From: Paraspadella gotoi | Taxonomy: Eukaryota > Animalia > Chaetognatha | Length of the DNA stretch: 64,000 nt | Direction: 5' to 3' | Assembly: GCA_051294375.1 (NCBI GenBank) | Contig: CM119264.1 | Span: forward strand, 5,239,434-5,303,433 | Shown: one piece after another, positions 1-31,300 of the stretch | Layout: each line of letters opens with the position of its first letter | How positions within the stretch are numbered: position 1 is the stretch's first letter | Made by a program: the position numbers and the translations under genes | The notes under the pieces: model-generated | Databases searched by the model: none | The model's input: the letters and a program-made list of their open reading frames with translations, nothing else | What the model was told of the DNA's origin: nothing

Positions 1-1756
1 TCCATTTTTCGCTCTCTTCTTCTCTTTCTCCTTTTCCTTTTCGCTCATTCTCAACCTCTTTCTTTCTCCCTTTTTCCTTTTCCTTTTCCCATTTCCTTTT
101 TCATTCTTCTCTTTTACTTTTAATCTTTTCATTTTTATTCTCATACAGTTCTTTCTTCTATTCTTTTTTTTTTCCAACTTCCCTAAATTCGATTCTCTTT
201 CGCCGCAATAATTATGATCAGCAGCTGACTCTTTCTCCCTTTCTTCTCTCTCTTACCCATCCACTTAATTCTCTCCCTTTTCTTTATTGAATCACAAATT
301 TTTTTGTTCTACTCTGGATGGAGATTTTCAACATCGCTCACAAGCTTTTTCTCTCTTCAATCTTTTTATTTCCCCAGTTTNNNNNNNNNNTTCTCTCTTT
401 ATCTCTTCCCCATCTCATATGTCTTTTCTTTCCCTCTCTTCTATTTTCTATTCCCTTCCNNNNNNNNNNNNNNNNNNNNNNNNNNNNNNNNNNNNNNNNN
501 NNNNNNNNNNNNNNNNNNNNNNNNNNNNNNNNNNNNNNNNNNNNNNNNNNNNNNNNNNNNNNNNNNNNNNNNNNNNNNNNNNNNNNNNNNNNNNNNNNNN
601 NNNNNNNNNNNNNNNNNNNNNNNNNNNNNNNNNNNNNNNNNNNNNNNNNNNNNNNNNNNNNNNNNNNNNNNNNNNNNNNNNNNNNNNNNNNNNNNNNNNN
701 NNNNNNNNNNNNNNNNNNNNNNNNNNNNNNNNNNNNNNNNNNNNNNNNNNNNNNNNNNNNNNNNNNNNNNNNNNNNNNNNNNNNNNNNNNNNNNNNNNNN
801 NNNNNNNNNNNNNNNNNNNNNNNNNNNNNNNNNNNNNNNNNNNNNNNNNNNNNNNNNNNNNNNNNNNNNNNNNNNNNNNNNNNNNNNNNNNNNNNNNNNN
901 NNNNNNNNNNNNNNNNNNNNNNNNNNNNNNNNNNNNNNNNNNNNNNNNNNNNNNNNNNNNNNNNNNNNNNNNNNNNNNNNNNNNNNNNNNNNNNNNNNNN
1001 NNNNNNNNNNNNNNNNNNNNNNNNNNNNNNNNNNNNNNNNNNNNNNNNNNNNNNNNNNNNNNNNNNNNNNNNNNNNNNNNNNNNNCTCCGGCTGAGGGGA
1101 CGGCTGAGTGCGTGAGCTTGTTTCTCCGCCCGCTACTTTTGTGGTTTTTTGCGATGAGGTTGACAGTAATTCTCTCAACCCTTTTGTTCCGCCCCCTTGA
1201 TCTAGTTCACCGTCTCTCGCCCTTTCCTAACCCCTTTCCTCTATCGATCTCTCTCCTCTTTCTACCCCTCTCCCCTCAAAGCGACCAGATGGAGTCGACT
1301 TGACCCAAAAGCGAAAAATGAAAATCGACTCCAAAGACCAGCGCCTTTTAAACCGCATTCCCTCTTAATTGTTTTTGCTTTCTTCTCGCTTTTCTAAGTT
1401 CCAAGTTCCAAGTTCTACATTTGATTCTCTTTTTTAACAACATTTAACTTTTCCTTTCTTACTGCTCCTTACAACCTCTTACAAACCCTCACTTATTGGC
1501 TTCTTCGCTTTTTACTTTAGCCTGTCCCCTTGCTCCCCAATTTTTCCCCAAGTTTTTGCCATTTTCAATTTCTGTTCTCTATTGTGGTCTTCTTACGTTT
1601 CTCTTCTTTTCCATCTTCCTGTATTCGATCGCTTTCTCTCTCTACTTCTTGACCTTACTCCGTGCCCTCTTCCCATTCTTTTCCTTCGTTTGCCTTCCCT
1701 TTCCTCCCCTTCCTCCTTCCTCCCTTTCGTCCTCCTATCCTCCTCCCTACTCCTAA

Positions 1757-2173
1757 CTGCCGCCTTCTCCCTGGCCAGACTTGCACCGTCTCTCGAAACC
1801 AAAGCCGGACGGGCTGAAGCCGTCATAACCGGGACCTCTTGCGTCGTGGTCCGCTGCCAGTCTCGGGGCGGGCACCTCGGCCTAATCCGTCCCTTACCCC
1901 AACTTGTCGGACTGTCTACTCCCTTACTGTACCTTAACCATCTATATCTCCAAGTTGCTCCCTGCCTGTTCATTTCTCAGGTTAACTACTTTCCATTCGC
2001 CGTTGTTCTTATCCTCCCAGTTTCATGTCTTAGCCTCACCCACGACACATTCCTGCAGCCACTCACACCACGTTTTTCCCCATCCTTTTCCCAGAGTCCA
2101 CTTATGCCGCCTTTTTGAAAACGAGAGCTTGTTGCCTTGCTCTCTTCGTCTATCTTCTCTCTTCTCTCTCTCT

Positions 2174-2211
<38 letters not shown>

Positions 2212-2590
2212 TCTCTCTCTGCGTCGTGCNNNNNNNNNNNNNNNNNNNNNNNNNTTCCCCCCCTCTTCTCCCTGGGCCAGACTTGCACCGTCTCTCGAAA
2301 TCCAAAGCCGGACGGGCGAAACCGTCATAACCGGGACCTTTGGCCGTCGTGGTCCGCCCAGTCGTCGGGGCGGGACCCGCCTAATCCGTCCCTTTACCAA
2401 CTTCGGACTTCTACCTTACTGATTAACCATATATCTCCAAGTTCTCCCTCCCTTATTTCTCAGTTACTACTTTCCATTTCGCCCGTTGTTACTTACCTCC
2501 CATTTAGCTTACCCACGACAACATCTCAGCCACTCAACCCACTTCCCCTCCTTTTCCCGAGTCCACATCCGCCTGAAACGAGAGCTTGTG

Positions 2591-2638
<48 letters not shown>

Positions 2639-2640
2639 TC
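1757..2640. repeat. Imperfect tandem duplication (~1757-2229 vs ~2255-2640) split by an N run
   Basis: Shared anchors CCAGACTTGCACCGTCTCTCGAAA, CCGTCATAACCGGGACCT, CTAATCCGTCCCTT, GAAACGAGAGCTTGT; differences are scattered indels. Confidence 0.85.
1778..1896 (+). pseudogene. Ig C2-like exon fragment, noisy copy 1 (copy 2 at ~2278-2400)
   Basis: GC-rich island in pyrimidine-rich DNA; combining both copies gives TCTVSRNPK...VITGTS.VVVRCQS.GG..PNPSLY, comparable with exon 3 (ITCQVSSFGGKKPQLYW). Confidence 0.35.
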
Positions 2641-2749
2641 TCTCTTCTCTCTCTCTCTCTCTCTCTCTCTCCCAATTCTTTCTCTCTTCTCCCTTGGTCC
2701 CTGTTGGTAAATAAAGAACTTAGGCGGAACTCGTGGTAGAGAGAGGAGA

Positions 2750-2813
<64 letters not shown>

Positions 2814-2919
2814 CAGTGCGGCTACGAACCGTAGACGTCCCCGGGGTCAAGGGCTGGAGTAGCCCGTGTCATGACGGGCACCCGAATTCTGGACGGCAGA
2901 AAAAAAGTTTTCTCTCTCC

Positions 2920-2953
<34 letters not shown>

Positions 2954-5611
2954 CTCTCTCTTCTCTCTCTCCTCTCCTCTTCTCTCTCTCTCTCTCTGTT
3001 CTCCCCATTCTCTCTTCAGCCTTTTCTTTTCTCTCTTGTTTTTCGGTCTCGTTTTTTTGTCCCATCGTGGACGTCCCTCGTCCCAAGTCTGAAGTAATCT
3101 CTTTCTTCGCTTTTCTAGGTTTGGAAAACTAATTTTGGTCCAATTTCTTTTTATTATCTTTCATTTCTCAATCGTTCCCGTTTCCTGTTTTTGTTAATCA
3201 TTATGCGAATCATCATGGTTCTGAGTCCGCCTCCACTCTCTCCTTCCGGGCCTTGATTCAGGGAAGCGAGAGACGAGAAGAAATTGGAAAGATTGGGGGA
3301 GGAAGCCGGGAGGAACGGAGGAAACTTTCATAAATTGATTTTTTCAAGTCGGCCGTGACTTTTCGTCGGGCCTCCGGTCCTTCGTCAACGTCTTCGCCGT
3401 GGTCGTCGTCGTCGTGTCGTCGTCGTCCTTTTTCCTTCTCTTCGTCGTCGTTTGTTTTTCCGCGTCTTCTCTTTGTTCCGACACAAAATATCTTTCCACC
3501 AACGATAGACGCTTTTCAATTCTTGTTGTTTCAAAAAACCATTTTGGTTTCGAACTGGAAGCCTCTTCTTTTTTTTTCTTTTTTTGTCGAAAAGGAAATG
3601 AAAAAGAATGTTTGTCTTCGGGCGGAAGTGAAAGCGAGTGGGAGAAAGAGGCTTCGGCAACCGGCTCACTGTGAAGGTGAGGTTCGAGGAAGTCAGTCAA
3701 TTCCTCGGGTATATAATTGATAAAACGGGTACAATACGTAATGAATTTAATTAAATGATTACTACTCATACGCTTAGTATATTGAACGAAATAATGAACA
3801 ATTTATGGCGCTTGCATCGTCATATCAATTTTTGGCATTTGAACAACGATAAGTACTTTCTTAATCAGATAGAAGCTACATAGAACAATAATTCAATCGG
3901 AAAATAACTTATCACTAAAATTATAATCTATTTAAATAATATTAATTCTTCTTTTTAGCAAACCCAATAATTGAATATAATTGAATCATGAAAGAAGCGT
4001 CCTATCTTGTGAAGTCGTTACTTCTCTCTCTCGTAATATCTCTAACTCGTTTAACTTGGTTTGATGTCTATGTTTCTGATTCTTCTGTCAATTGACTAAA
4101 TCTTCTTTGTTTATACCTTTTGGATATCTCTTCTTCTAATCTCTCTCTCGCTTTTTCACTTCGCCCTCCAAATGTTATATACATATTTACCTCTCACCTG
4201 TTCTATGAGAGCACAGAATCATGTTGCGTTCCAAATATGACATTCTACTCGAATGACAGTGTTGTGAGAAAATTCTTTGCATTTCCATGATTTTTATTGA
4301 AACTATATTTAGACTTTGACTGAATGTATCTTTTTCTCTTTCTTTTTTTCCGCTTACGGTTTTTTTTCCGTCTTTCTCTCATCTTCTCTCTTCTCTTCTC
4401 TTTGCTTATTTCTTTAGTTGCTTTTACCCAATCCTTATGTTTACTGCCATTACGAACTTTCCTTCACGCTCACTTTCTCTTCCACCATTAGTCGAAATTT
4501 CTTCTTTTTTTTTCTTTCCTTTTTTTCTTTTCTTTTTTTTATTTCTTTTTTCAGGTCTTCGTCGCAATTCGTTTTCTTTTGTTTACATTTTGTTTTTGTT
4601 CGTGTGTTTTCTTTTCATCATTTTCCCATCGAATGATTGCGTCAAAGACGCGGGGCACCAATTGCTTGACAATTGCTTGACAAAGCTTGTTTTTTTTTTA
4701 TTCCCAAAGACGATTAGTTCCATCGTCAGAGAAAGAATTGATGGGTGCGACTTTGATCTAAAGACAAAACTGAATTACAAGCAGGCAAGCAGCCAAGCAG
4801 CTTTTCTTTTCTAAGTAAAACAAGGCTTTCTCTTTCCTTGCGACTTATTTTTTAATCTTCTTCTGTTTAACTTTTTAAAAAACTGTGTTTTTTTTTGCTA
4901 ATTGTTTTCTTTTTCTTTTAATACAGAGCGTCGCCCAACAAAAAAATATTTTTTTTTGCGTCAATATTTTGTTTATAGTTTATAAATAAGTTTTAGACTG
5001 TTAATACACTGTTCTTTCGTTTGGGAAAATAAATTTTTAAATGACGTTAAAATATTCTACTTTTAATGCCATTCGTTTGCCGTAACCCTGTATTAGTTTC
5101 CGAAAGTAATCATCTTAATTCTTCCTAAAAAAGGTTTTAACGGGCAGCGAGGGAGTCGTCGAGCAACAGCAGAGAAGCAACAGCTACAGCAACCACTTGA
5201 GAAATTTCCTCAAAAACTTCATCAACGCCCGCAGCTGCAGCAGCAGCAGCAGCAACGAGAAATGCGGCGTTGAAAGATTAAACTCCAATTAAAAGTCCAG
5301 AGTAGAGTTTAGAGTCACGCAACTTTTCACTCAGAAAAGTCACTGTTAACGCCAAATCGTCACAGCACCCATATTCCCCTTTTCACTTCGCAACGGCCTT
5401 TTCTCCAACGATCAAAGGACATGCCTTCCGTCGCTTCCCTCGTAACGTCCGACGTAACGTCAATTTTACCCGTAACGTCGTTCGTAACGTCTCTTCTCGT
5501 CAGGACCGGCGTCATAAACGACGGCGAGTGAGACGACGACGAAAACGTCGACGAAATTGCGTCGAATCCCGAGCAAGCCTTTTAGTCACAGCCTCGCAAC
5601 ACGTGATACCT

Positions 5612-5722
<111 letters not shown>

Positions 5723-5966
5723 TCGCCAACAAGTCAAGTAACAAAGTAACAAAACAAAAACAAGGAATTAACTCCGCACTTGTTATGGAAAAAAAGGGAA
5801 AAAATGTTTTTTCTTTGAAAAATTTCGTTTTACTCAAATTAGTCGTCGCGTCTTTCGAAGCAATTTGCGTCAAAAGGATTCCGGGACCAAAAATAAATAA
5901 ACAAACAACTAAAAAATACTTTTTTTTTCTTTCAAAGTGATAATAAAGGGAAAAGAAAATTCTCCG

Positions 5967-6005
5967 GCGGCCATTTTGAATTCGTGATGTATTTGGCGGG
6001 GAAAA
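5967..6005. promoter_or_regulatory. YY1/Pho-like and E2F-like motifs ~200 bp upstream of the IgSF ATG
   Basis: GCGGCCATTTTG (5967-5978) and TTTGGCGGGGAAA (5992-6004, one G longer than the E2F consensus). Motif match only. Confidence 0.3.
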
Positions 6006-6185
6006 AAAGTTCCGAGAGGCCTTTCGTAAGAGATCAGGAAATAAAACAGAAGAACAATCGAATTAAATTCTATGCGGATTTAATTTAGCGACTCGATCGA
6101 TTCTCTCCCGTCGCGACATCTGCCCAAAAATTAAACAAAAAAAAATATTACATTAAAAAAAAACAAACAAACAAACTTGAAGAAG

Positions 6186-25554
<19,369 letters not shown>

Positions 25555-27331
25555 GTGAGTTCCTGATGGTGGGTTGAGGTTAGGTGAGGCGAGGGTTAGG
25601 TTTTGGTTCACTAACTGACGATGAAACCCCTATTTTCTAAACGCGCCCTTTATCGAATATTTGTTTTATTTTAAGTTTTGTAGCTGATATCCATCTTTGT
25701 ATCTTTTTTCATGGATTGATTGATTGATTGATTGATTCATTGATTCATTCATTCATTCCTTATAAATTTATTCATTCATTCATCCCTCTCGTCTCAATCC
25801 ATTTGGGAATTGAATTCATTCAAAATCCGATTTTTCTCTTTCCACTCAAATCTTTCTCTGTCTCCCTCTGAGATATTTTCTCAGTTCGAAGACTTTATCA
25901 CACGATTTTGTCATCGCTTCTCTCTCCTCTCTCTTCTCTCTCTCTCTCTCTGCTCTCTCTTCTCTCTCTTCTCCTCTTCTCTCTCTCTCTCTCTCTCTCG
26001 TTCTTTCCCCGGGTCCTTTATGCGTCAAGGCTGATGATGGAGGCAAGAGATAATTATTTCTTGGTTTTCCTGCGCGTTAGAGAGGAGAGAGAGAGAGAGA
26101 AGAGAGAAGAGAGAGATGAGAGAGAGAGAGACGAAGAGAAGAGAGAGAGAGAGAGAGATGAGATGGAGATCGGAGAGTGAGACATCAAGGGACAGAAGTC
26201 GCGTAAAATGTCCAGAGGGAGAGTGACAAATTCATGGGCACCGCCGGCCCGTGTTGAGGTTGATGGGGTCGAGACGGTGATGGGGTGAGATCGTGATGGG
26301 GTAAGACAGTTTACCTAAAGGCCAACGACGGTGACGTGATGTGGAGAAAGAAGGTGAAAAAACCGAAAGTGAACGTTTGGCCTTTTTGTGAATAGGAAGA
26401 GAATCTTCGCTTCTGTGAGTCTCAGTTTTGTGAAAAAAAAAGTGAAAAATTCAAATTTATAAAGTTAAGCTAAGAAGTGAAATGAAATTTTAGATATTGT
26501 TTAAATGAGGAAGAAGTTACGAAATCGTTGACGTTGTCGCTTTGTGTTGTTCCTCATTGCAATTTTCTACGTCGTCGTCATCATAGTCATCGTCGTCGTT
26601 ATTGTCGTCGTCGTCGTTATCAGCGTCGTCGTCATCGTCGTCGTCGTCGTCGTCGTTGCACTCGCTCTTCAGGATGAGCGGCGCAGTTAACGAAATTAGC
26701 TCAATTACCTGTCGCGAGAATCGGTCGACATCTTGGGTGGCAGAGTTGCCATCTTTTCCGCCTTCATCGTTGCCATCTCTTCGCCGACTCATCTCAAAAG
26801 CCATTTCAGTTGCCGTCTTTAAAACCAGTTCGGTTTTGGTAATTGATAGCTAGGAATGTGTTTCATTTGAAATTTTAATTGTATTTCTAATTAGACACTT
26901 GCTGACTCTAAAGCGACGCGCATCTCTTAGGAATCATCATCTTAGGAAATATCATTTCATATTTATATAATTTAAAAATATATGTGACACCTAAAATCCC
27001 CTCATCTCGCCTTTCCTAATATTCATCTTGATTGCCATCTCTTCGCCGTCTCATTCCCCCCCCCCACACCGCCATCTCACCGAGAATTCTTGCCCTACAT
27101 TTTTCGGTCATCTCCTTCTTTTAGCCCGACTCTTGACTCTCGATGTTTCGCGGTCATTTGCCCTAAAGATCCTTATTTCCACTGATTCTGTTTCGCTACA
27201 ATTTACCCAATGCTTGGCAAAGATTCGTGACCCCATACATTTTATCAAAAAAAAAAACTCTCCAACTACGAGTTTCTATGTAGACACAAGCTGTTCTTGT
27301 TGGAATGTGTGTGTAATATTCTATGCATTAT

Positions 27332-27420
27332 GAAATTGGTACAACCAATATAAAAATTATCCATTCATTTAATAAATAGGCTATCTTGCCCCTGACTTTG
27401 GACAGGCTTTGGTGGTTTAA
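27332..27420 (+). repeat. Short dispersed repeat with hairpin (other copies 23961-24010, ~38881-38925, 46973-47052)
   Basis: GAAATTGGTACAA...TTATCCATTCATTTAATAAATA(A/G)GCTATCTTG(C/T)CCCTGACTT(T/A)GGACAGGCT(T/A)TGG recurs in unrelated flanks. Confidence 0.75.
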
Positions 27421-27587
27421 GGCCTCCATCACTCTTACAAGATTATATTATATTATATTTTGAAATCTCGATACTTCGTCCTTCTTACGCCCGGTTCAAC
27501 TTTCCACTTATATTCCCACTCCGACCACCCTTTCCACCACCCCAACCACCTTTAAACTTCCCACCTAAACCACCAATTCACCCACAG

Positions 27588-27761
27588 ACATAACCGACGC
27601 CGGGGAGAGGCCGTCTTAGAGTTATCGTCGGCCATTCGCCGGATAACGGCTCGCGTGAATTTTCTTTCTCCCGCCTCCGTTTCACTTTTTCGCTGTCAAG
27701 CTAATGCGTCGCACGAGGAGAGGAGCCTTCGAGCTCAGGGCGGGGCTCCATACGAAATAAA
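27588..27761 (+). other. Candidate terminal exon and 3' UTR of the IgSF gene
   Basis: C-rich tract like those before exons 2-3, then CCACAG|ACA TAA (phase 0, giving ...SDLQT*) and AATAAA at 27756-27761. An alternative candidate is TTCAG|GATGAGCGGCGCAGTTAA at 26673-26690. Confidence 0.3.
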
Positions 27762-28195
27762 TAATATTAGTTATTACCTCTTCCAATCACTGGGGGTTTT
27801 CTTAAAATAAGTACTAACCAAAACAAAAACCAGTTTCTGGAAAACATTGTCTTTAAAACAGTAAAAATAAATTCAAAATTCAAATCTGAAAATAATTTAA
27901 GTCAGATCAGTAGAGTCCCTATGGGAGAAATTCTGACCCGACAGCGAAAATAAGCAAAATAAGGGAAAAACTATTATTTCTTTTTTCGGCCGAAGCCTCT
28001 GTAAAAATAATTCGTTATGCATACAAATAAAATGAAAAATATACACAAAGAGTAAGTTCTTTGGAGGATAGTTCGTTTTATTCTTTCCCCCCAACCCCCC
28101 TATTAATCAAAACGATGTTTTAAAAAATCCGATCGCGTCGAAATTTTGTCAATTCGCCTCCTGACGCGCGGGGGGAGGGGCCGGCGTACGAAGTC

Positions 28196-28207
28196 GTTGC
28201 TAGGCAC
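28196..28207. promoter_or_regulatory. RFX X-box-like motif downstream of a GC box
   Basis: GTTGCTAGGCAC (one A short of GTTGCTAGGCAAC), with GGGGGAGGGG at 28171-28180, at the start of the unidentified coding island. Confidence 0.3.
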
Positions 28208-28313
28208 TCCTTTCTGATAAACGCCGGGGCCTCCACATGCTCGTACAAAGCTTGGTTTCGTTCAGCAAGAAGAGCGAGTAGGCCGACCTCTGAAAAGATC
28301 CAATTGTGATAAG

Positions 28314-31300
28314 ATGTCGTCTGACGTTAAAGAGAGGATGTTAATTCTCGGCGTCGAGGCCGAGAATGATGGGAAATTGCTCATGATCGGATGCTCACCC
28401 TCACGGAGGACAGCCGTTGAAAGCTCTTTCCCCCACGAAGTCCGACGGAAGGAGACAACTAACGAAGAGGCAGAGAATTCTCCAGCTCAACCGCCGATGC
28501 GACCGACTCGAAATAAACAATGAGAAAAAAGTTTCAATCTTAAACCGAAATATTTTTTACATTTAGCGAAAGAGGCGTTCAGCTGTATTAGATCGAGGGA
28601 TGCTTCTTGCCGCAGATCACGTTGAAAACTAAAAAAGTTTATACGACGCGACGACATGACGATCCCAGCAATCCCACGAGCACGGAGAACATGGGCGGAG
28701 AAACGGGACACACATCGAAGAGAGGACGGAGTCACACCCGCTACAAAGACCCGGATGTTCTTTGGTTTTAGACGCTGTAATTGGCCACGTCGATCCCAAT
28801 ATCCAAAGAGTGATTCAGCCAGCCCATCATGGACATTAATCGCATACTCACCAATTTTCCCCGTTATCATATATAATATATTACCTTCGTCCACCGAAAC
28901 GATCCATGAATTTAGTAATTCGATATTGAAAAACGAGAAAAAACAGCGATTTTTTTTAACTCGATATTTACTATATCTTGACGATGAGACGAAAAATCGC
29001 CAATTAATAAAATATGATCGAATTTTAAACATGAATTCTAATCTCGAACGGTGAGACGAATAGGCGACATTATGGATAATAATTTTACCTAGACTAAACT
29101 TTGACGCGACGTAAAATAACGACGCCAGCAGGCAATCTCGCGCGAGGAGGCATCCAGAAGAGAAGAACATCTCCGGCGTCGTCTCTGGTAGGCTCTGTAA
29201 TCGTCTGATCTCAGAGATAACACATCTTCGATGGAAGAAAATTACATTGCATCCATCCACCATCGGACCCGTTAAACGTATCGTCGACTCAAATTCGCTC
29301 CAACAGCGAAGCCACCTGCACGTTGAAGGACACCCGCTATCGGCTGATGGCACCGGAAAATATCGGCGTCCGAAATCTGTCGCCTGAAACACTCAACTGG
29401 GCTGAGCTGCCAACGATTTGTCACAGCTTCATTATGTTCTTGATCACCGAAAGGTCTATGGTTTGTCAACATGAATTTCCTGGCGGCGCTCATTGCTGAC
29501 CCCATGGCCGATCGTCTGATCTGGTCCGTCATTCTTGTAGAGAAGGATAACTTTCAAACCTTCCCATGAGTGGCTTGTTTAGCGGCAATTAGATCCTCGG
29601 CCTCCAAACGAGAATGAATAAAAAAGAGAGAAATCTTTTCTCCGCGCTGGCGATGCGTCGCCACCCAACACGCAAGAACGTCGACCCGGCGAGGACATAT
29701 CCTGATGGAAAACCTTCGTCAAGCCGAAGAAATTCTTCAATTTACCACCTTTGGTCTAGGGAGGTAAATAGACTCAGAAGCCGAGAATAAAATATTTAAC
29801 GAGACTAAGCTGAAATTTTCACATCCACTTTGTAAAAAATGGATATTTTTAAAACCAAAAAAAACGCAATATCTCCATAATCCAAATAAAACAAAGCTGA
29901 ACACCTGTCGTTGCTCAGACGACGATGCCGATTGGCGGCCGCAGGGCAGAAACGCCCTCTGCTCGATCGACTAAACAGCAAAGTTCACGTAGCTAACGGC
30001 GCCGGTCCTGACCCATTCTGGCCGGCGGCTCAGACTGATTTTCTCCCCGCTGCTCGTCGTGTTGAATTTGCTTGAAGATACTTGAAATCCCAATTCCTCG
30101 ACGGGCTCAATCCGTCAGTGGAGAAGCGGATGGGATTTTTCAGCAAAAGCAGCGCTCCTTTGATGGGCAAATTTTTTCGACATCGATGACGCGCTTCACG
30201 CAAGCAGTTTTGAAGCAGCGAGGCCTGAGAGACCACGAGTTTTTCCAAGAGAGTCTGCGGCCACAGACGTTGAAACTTTCGCAGCTCATGCAATAGTGGG
30301 CGTTTAGTGAAGCAATGGAATAAAAGTTTTCGATCCCCGGCGTGGACCGGAGACTCTGAAGACGGCGTATCGCGCCTGGTTGATGCAGAAGGCTGCGGCG
30401 GGCCACACGGAACCTTCTTCTTTCTTCGCGATGTACCCGCGGCTGATAGCGGCGAAGAGGACCCTCGCCGCCATTCTTCGAACTTTGCTCGTCGCCATGC
30501 TGGATTCCTTTCGCATTTTTTCGGCCGGTGGTCCTGAAATCGGATGAACGGTAATCTTGTTTTATGGCAAGAAAAGAGACAAGAATCACAAAAAGAGAGA
30601 TCGTCGTCCAATTCATGACTTTCATGCTCTAAAATACACTTTTTCGCAACCACTTATCTGAAGGTGTGGCATCGGCGTTTGGAGAGCGCAAAATCCCAAT
30701 AGAACGGCCGCACGTCGCGCAGGTCTGCGAGTCGGTCCGTCTCCTTCGCTGAGGTCGTATCACCTGCTGCGCAAAGTGGGATCAGTATAGACCATGAGAC
30801 ACCGCTGAATCCATTTCGATTCGAGCTTTGGACCGCCGAGGATCTGTTCAAAGTCGTTCATTTTCGAGTCCGCCGCCGTCTCGCTTCAATTCCCCACTTT
30901 CTCTTGGAACGCCAAAGGGCGTCACTAAGAAGCCGGTAGCGTCTAACCGAGATACCTATCGATCGATGGAGTACCATTGGGAAGTACACCGTCGAACCCA
31001 TGAGGAAGCTCCTTTCAACTTCAATGTGGATCCGTGCGCGCTCCAACACGCGCCACGCTGACGTTAAATCGCGAGTTATGAAGTCTAAGGTCTCGTCGAC
31101 CTTGACGCTTGGCGCTGCCTGCTGAAGCATTTGGTAGGCCGAGCGTTTGAGCTTGAATCTCCAAAAAACCCGCGGCCAATTGCAGTGGGGGCCCGGCAGG
31201 CGGACGAAGGCTGCCTCGAACGGGACCGCATCAGAGGATGACGACCGTTTGATGCCCTTGAGGCGACAGAGACGTTCATTACGGCATCAGTCGGCGAAAC

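Noticed and set aside
287-1303. Long ORFs spanning N runs (also 22326-23651, 44328-46278, 50015-50675)
   Set aside because: Length comes from N-derived X residues; flanks are low-complexity.
3598-3676. Candidate first coding exon MKKNVCLRAEVKASGRKRLRQPAHCE with donor G|GTGAGG
   Set aside because: Its phase 1 does not match the phase-2 acceptor at 6214; it could be a UTR exon but has no further support.
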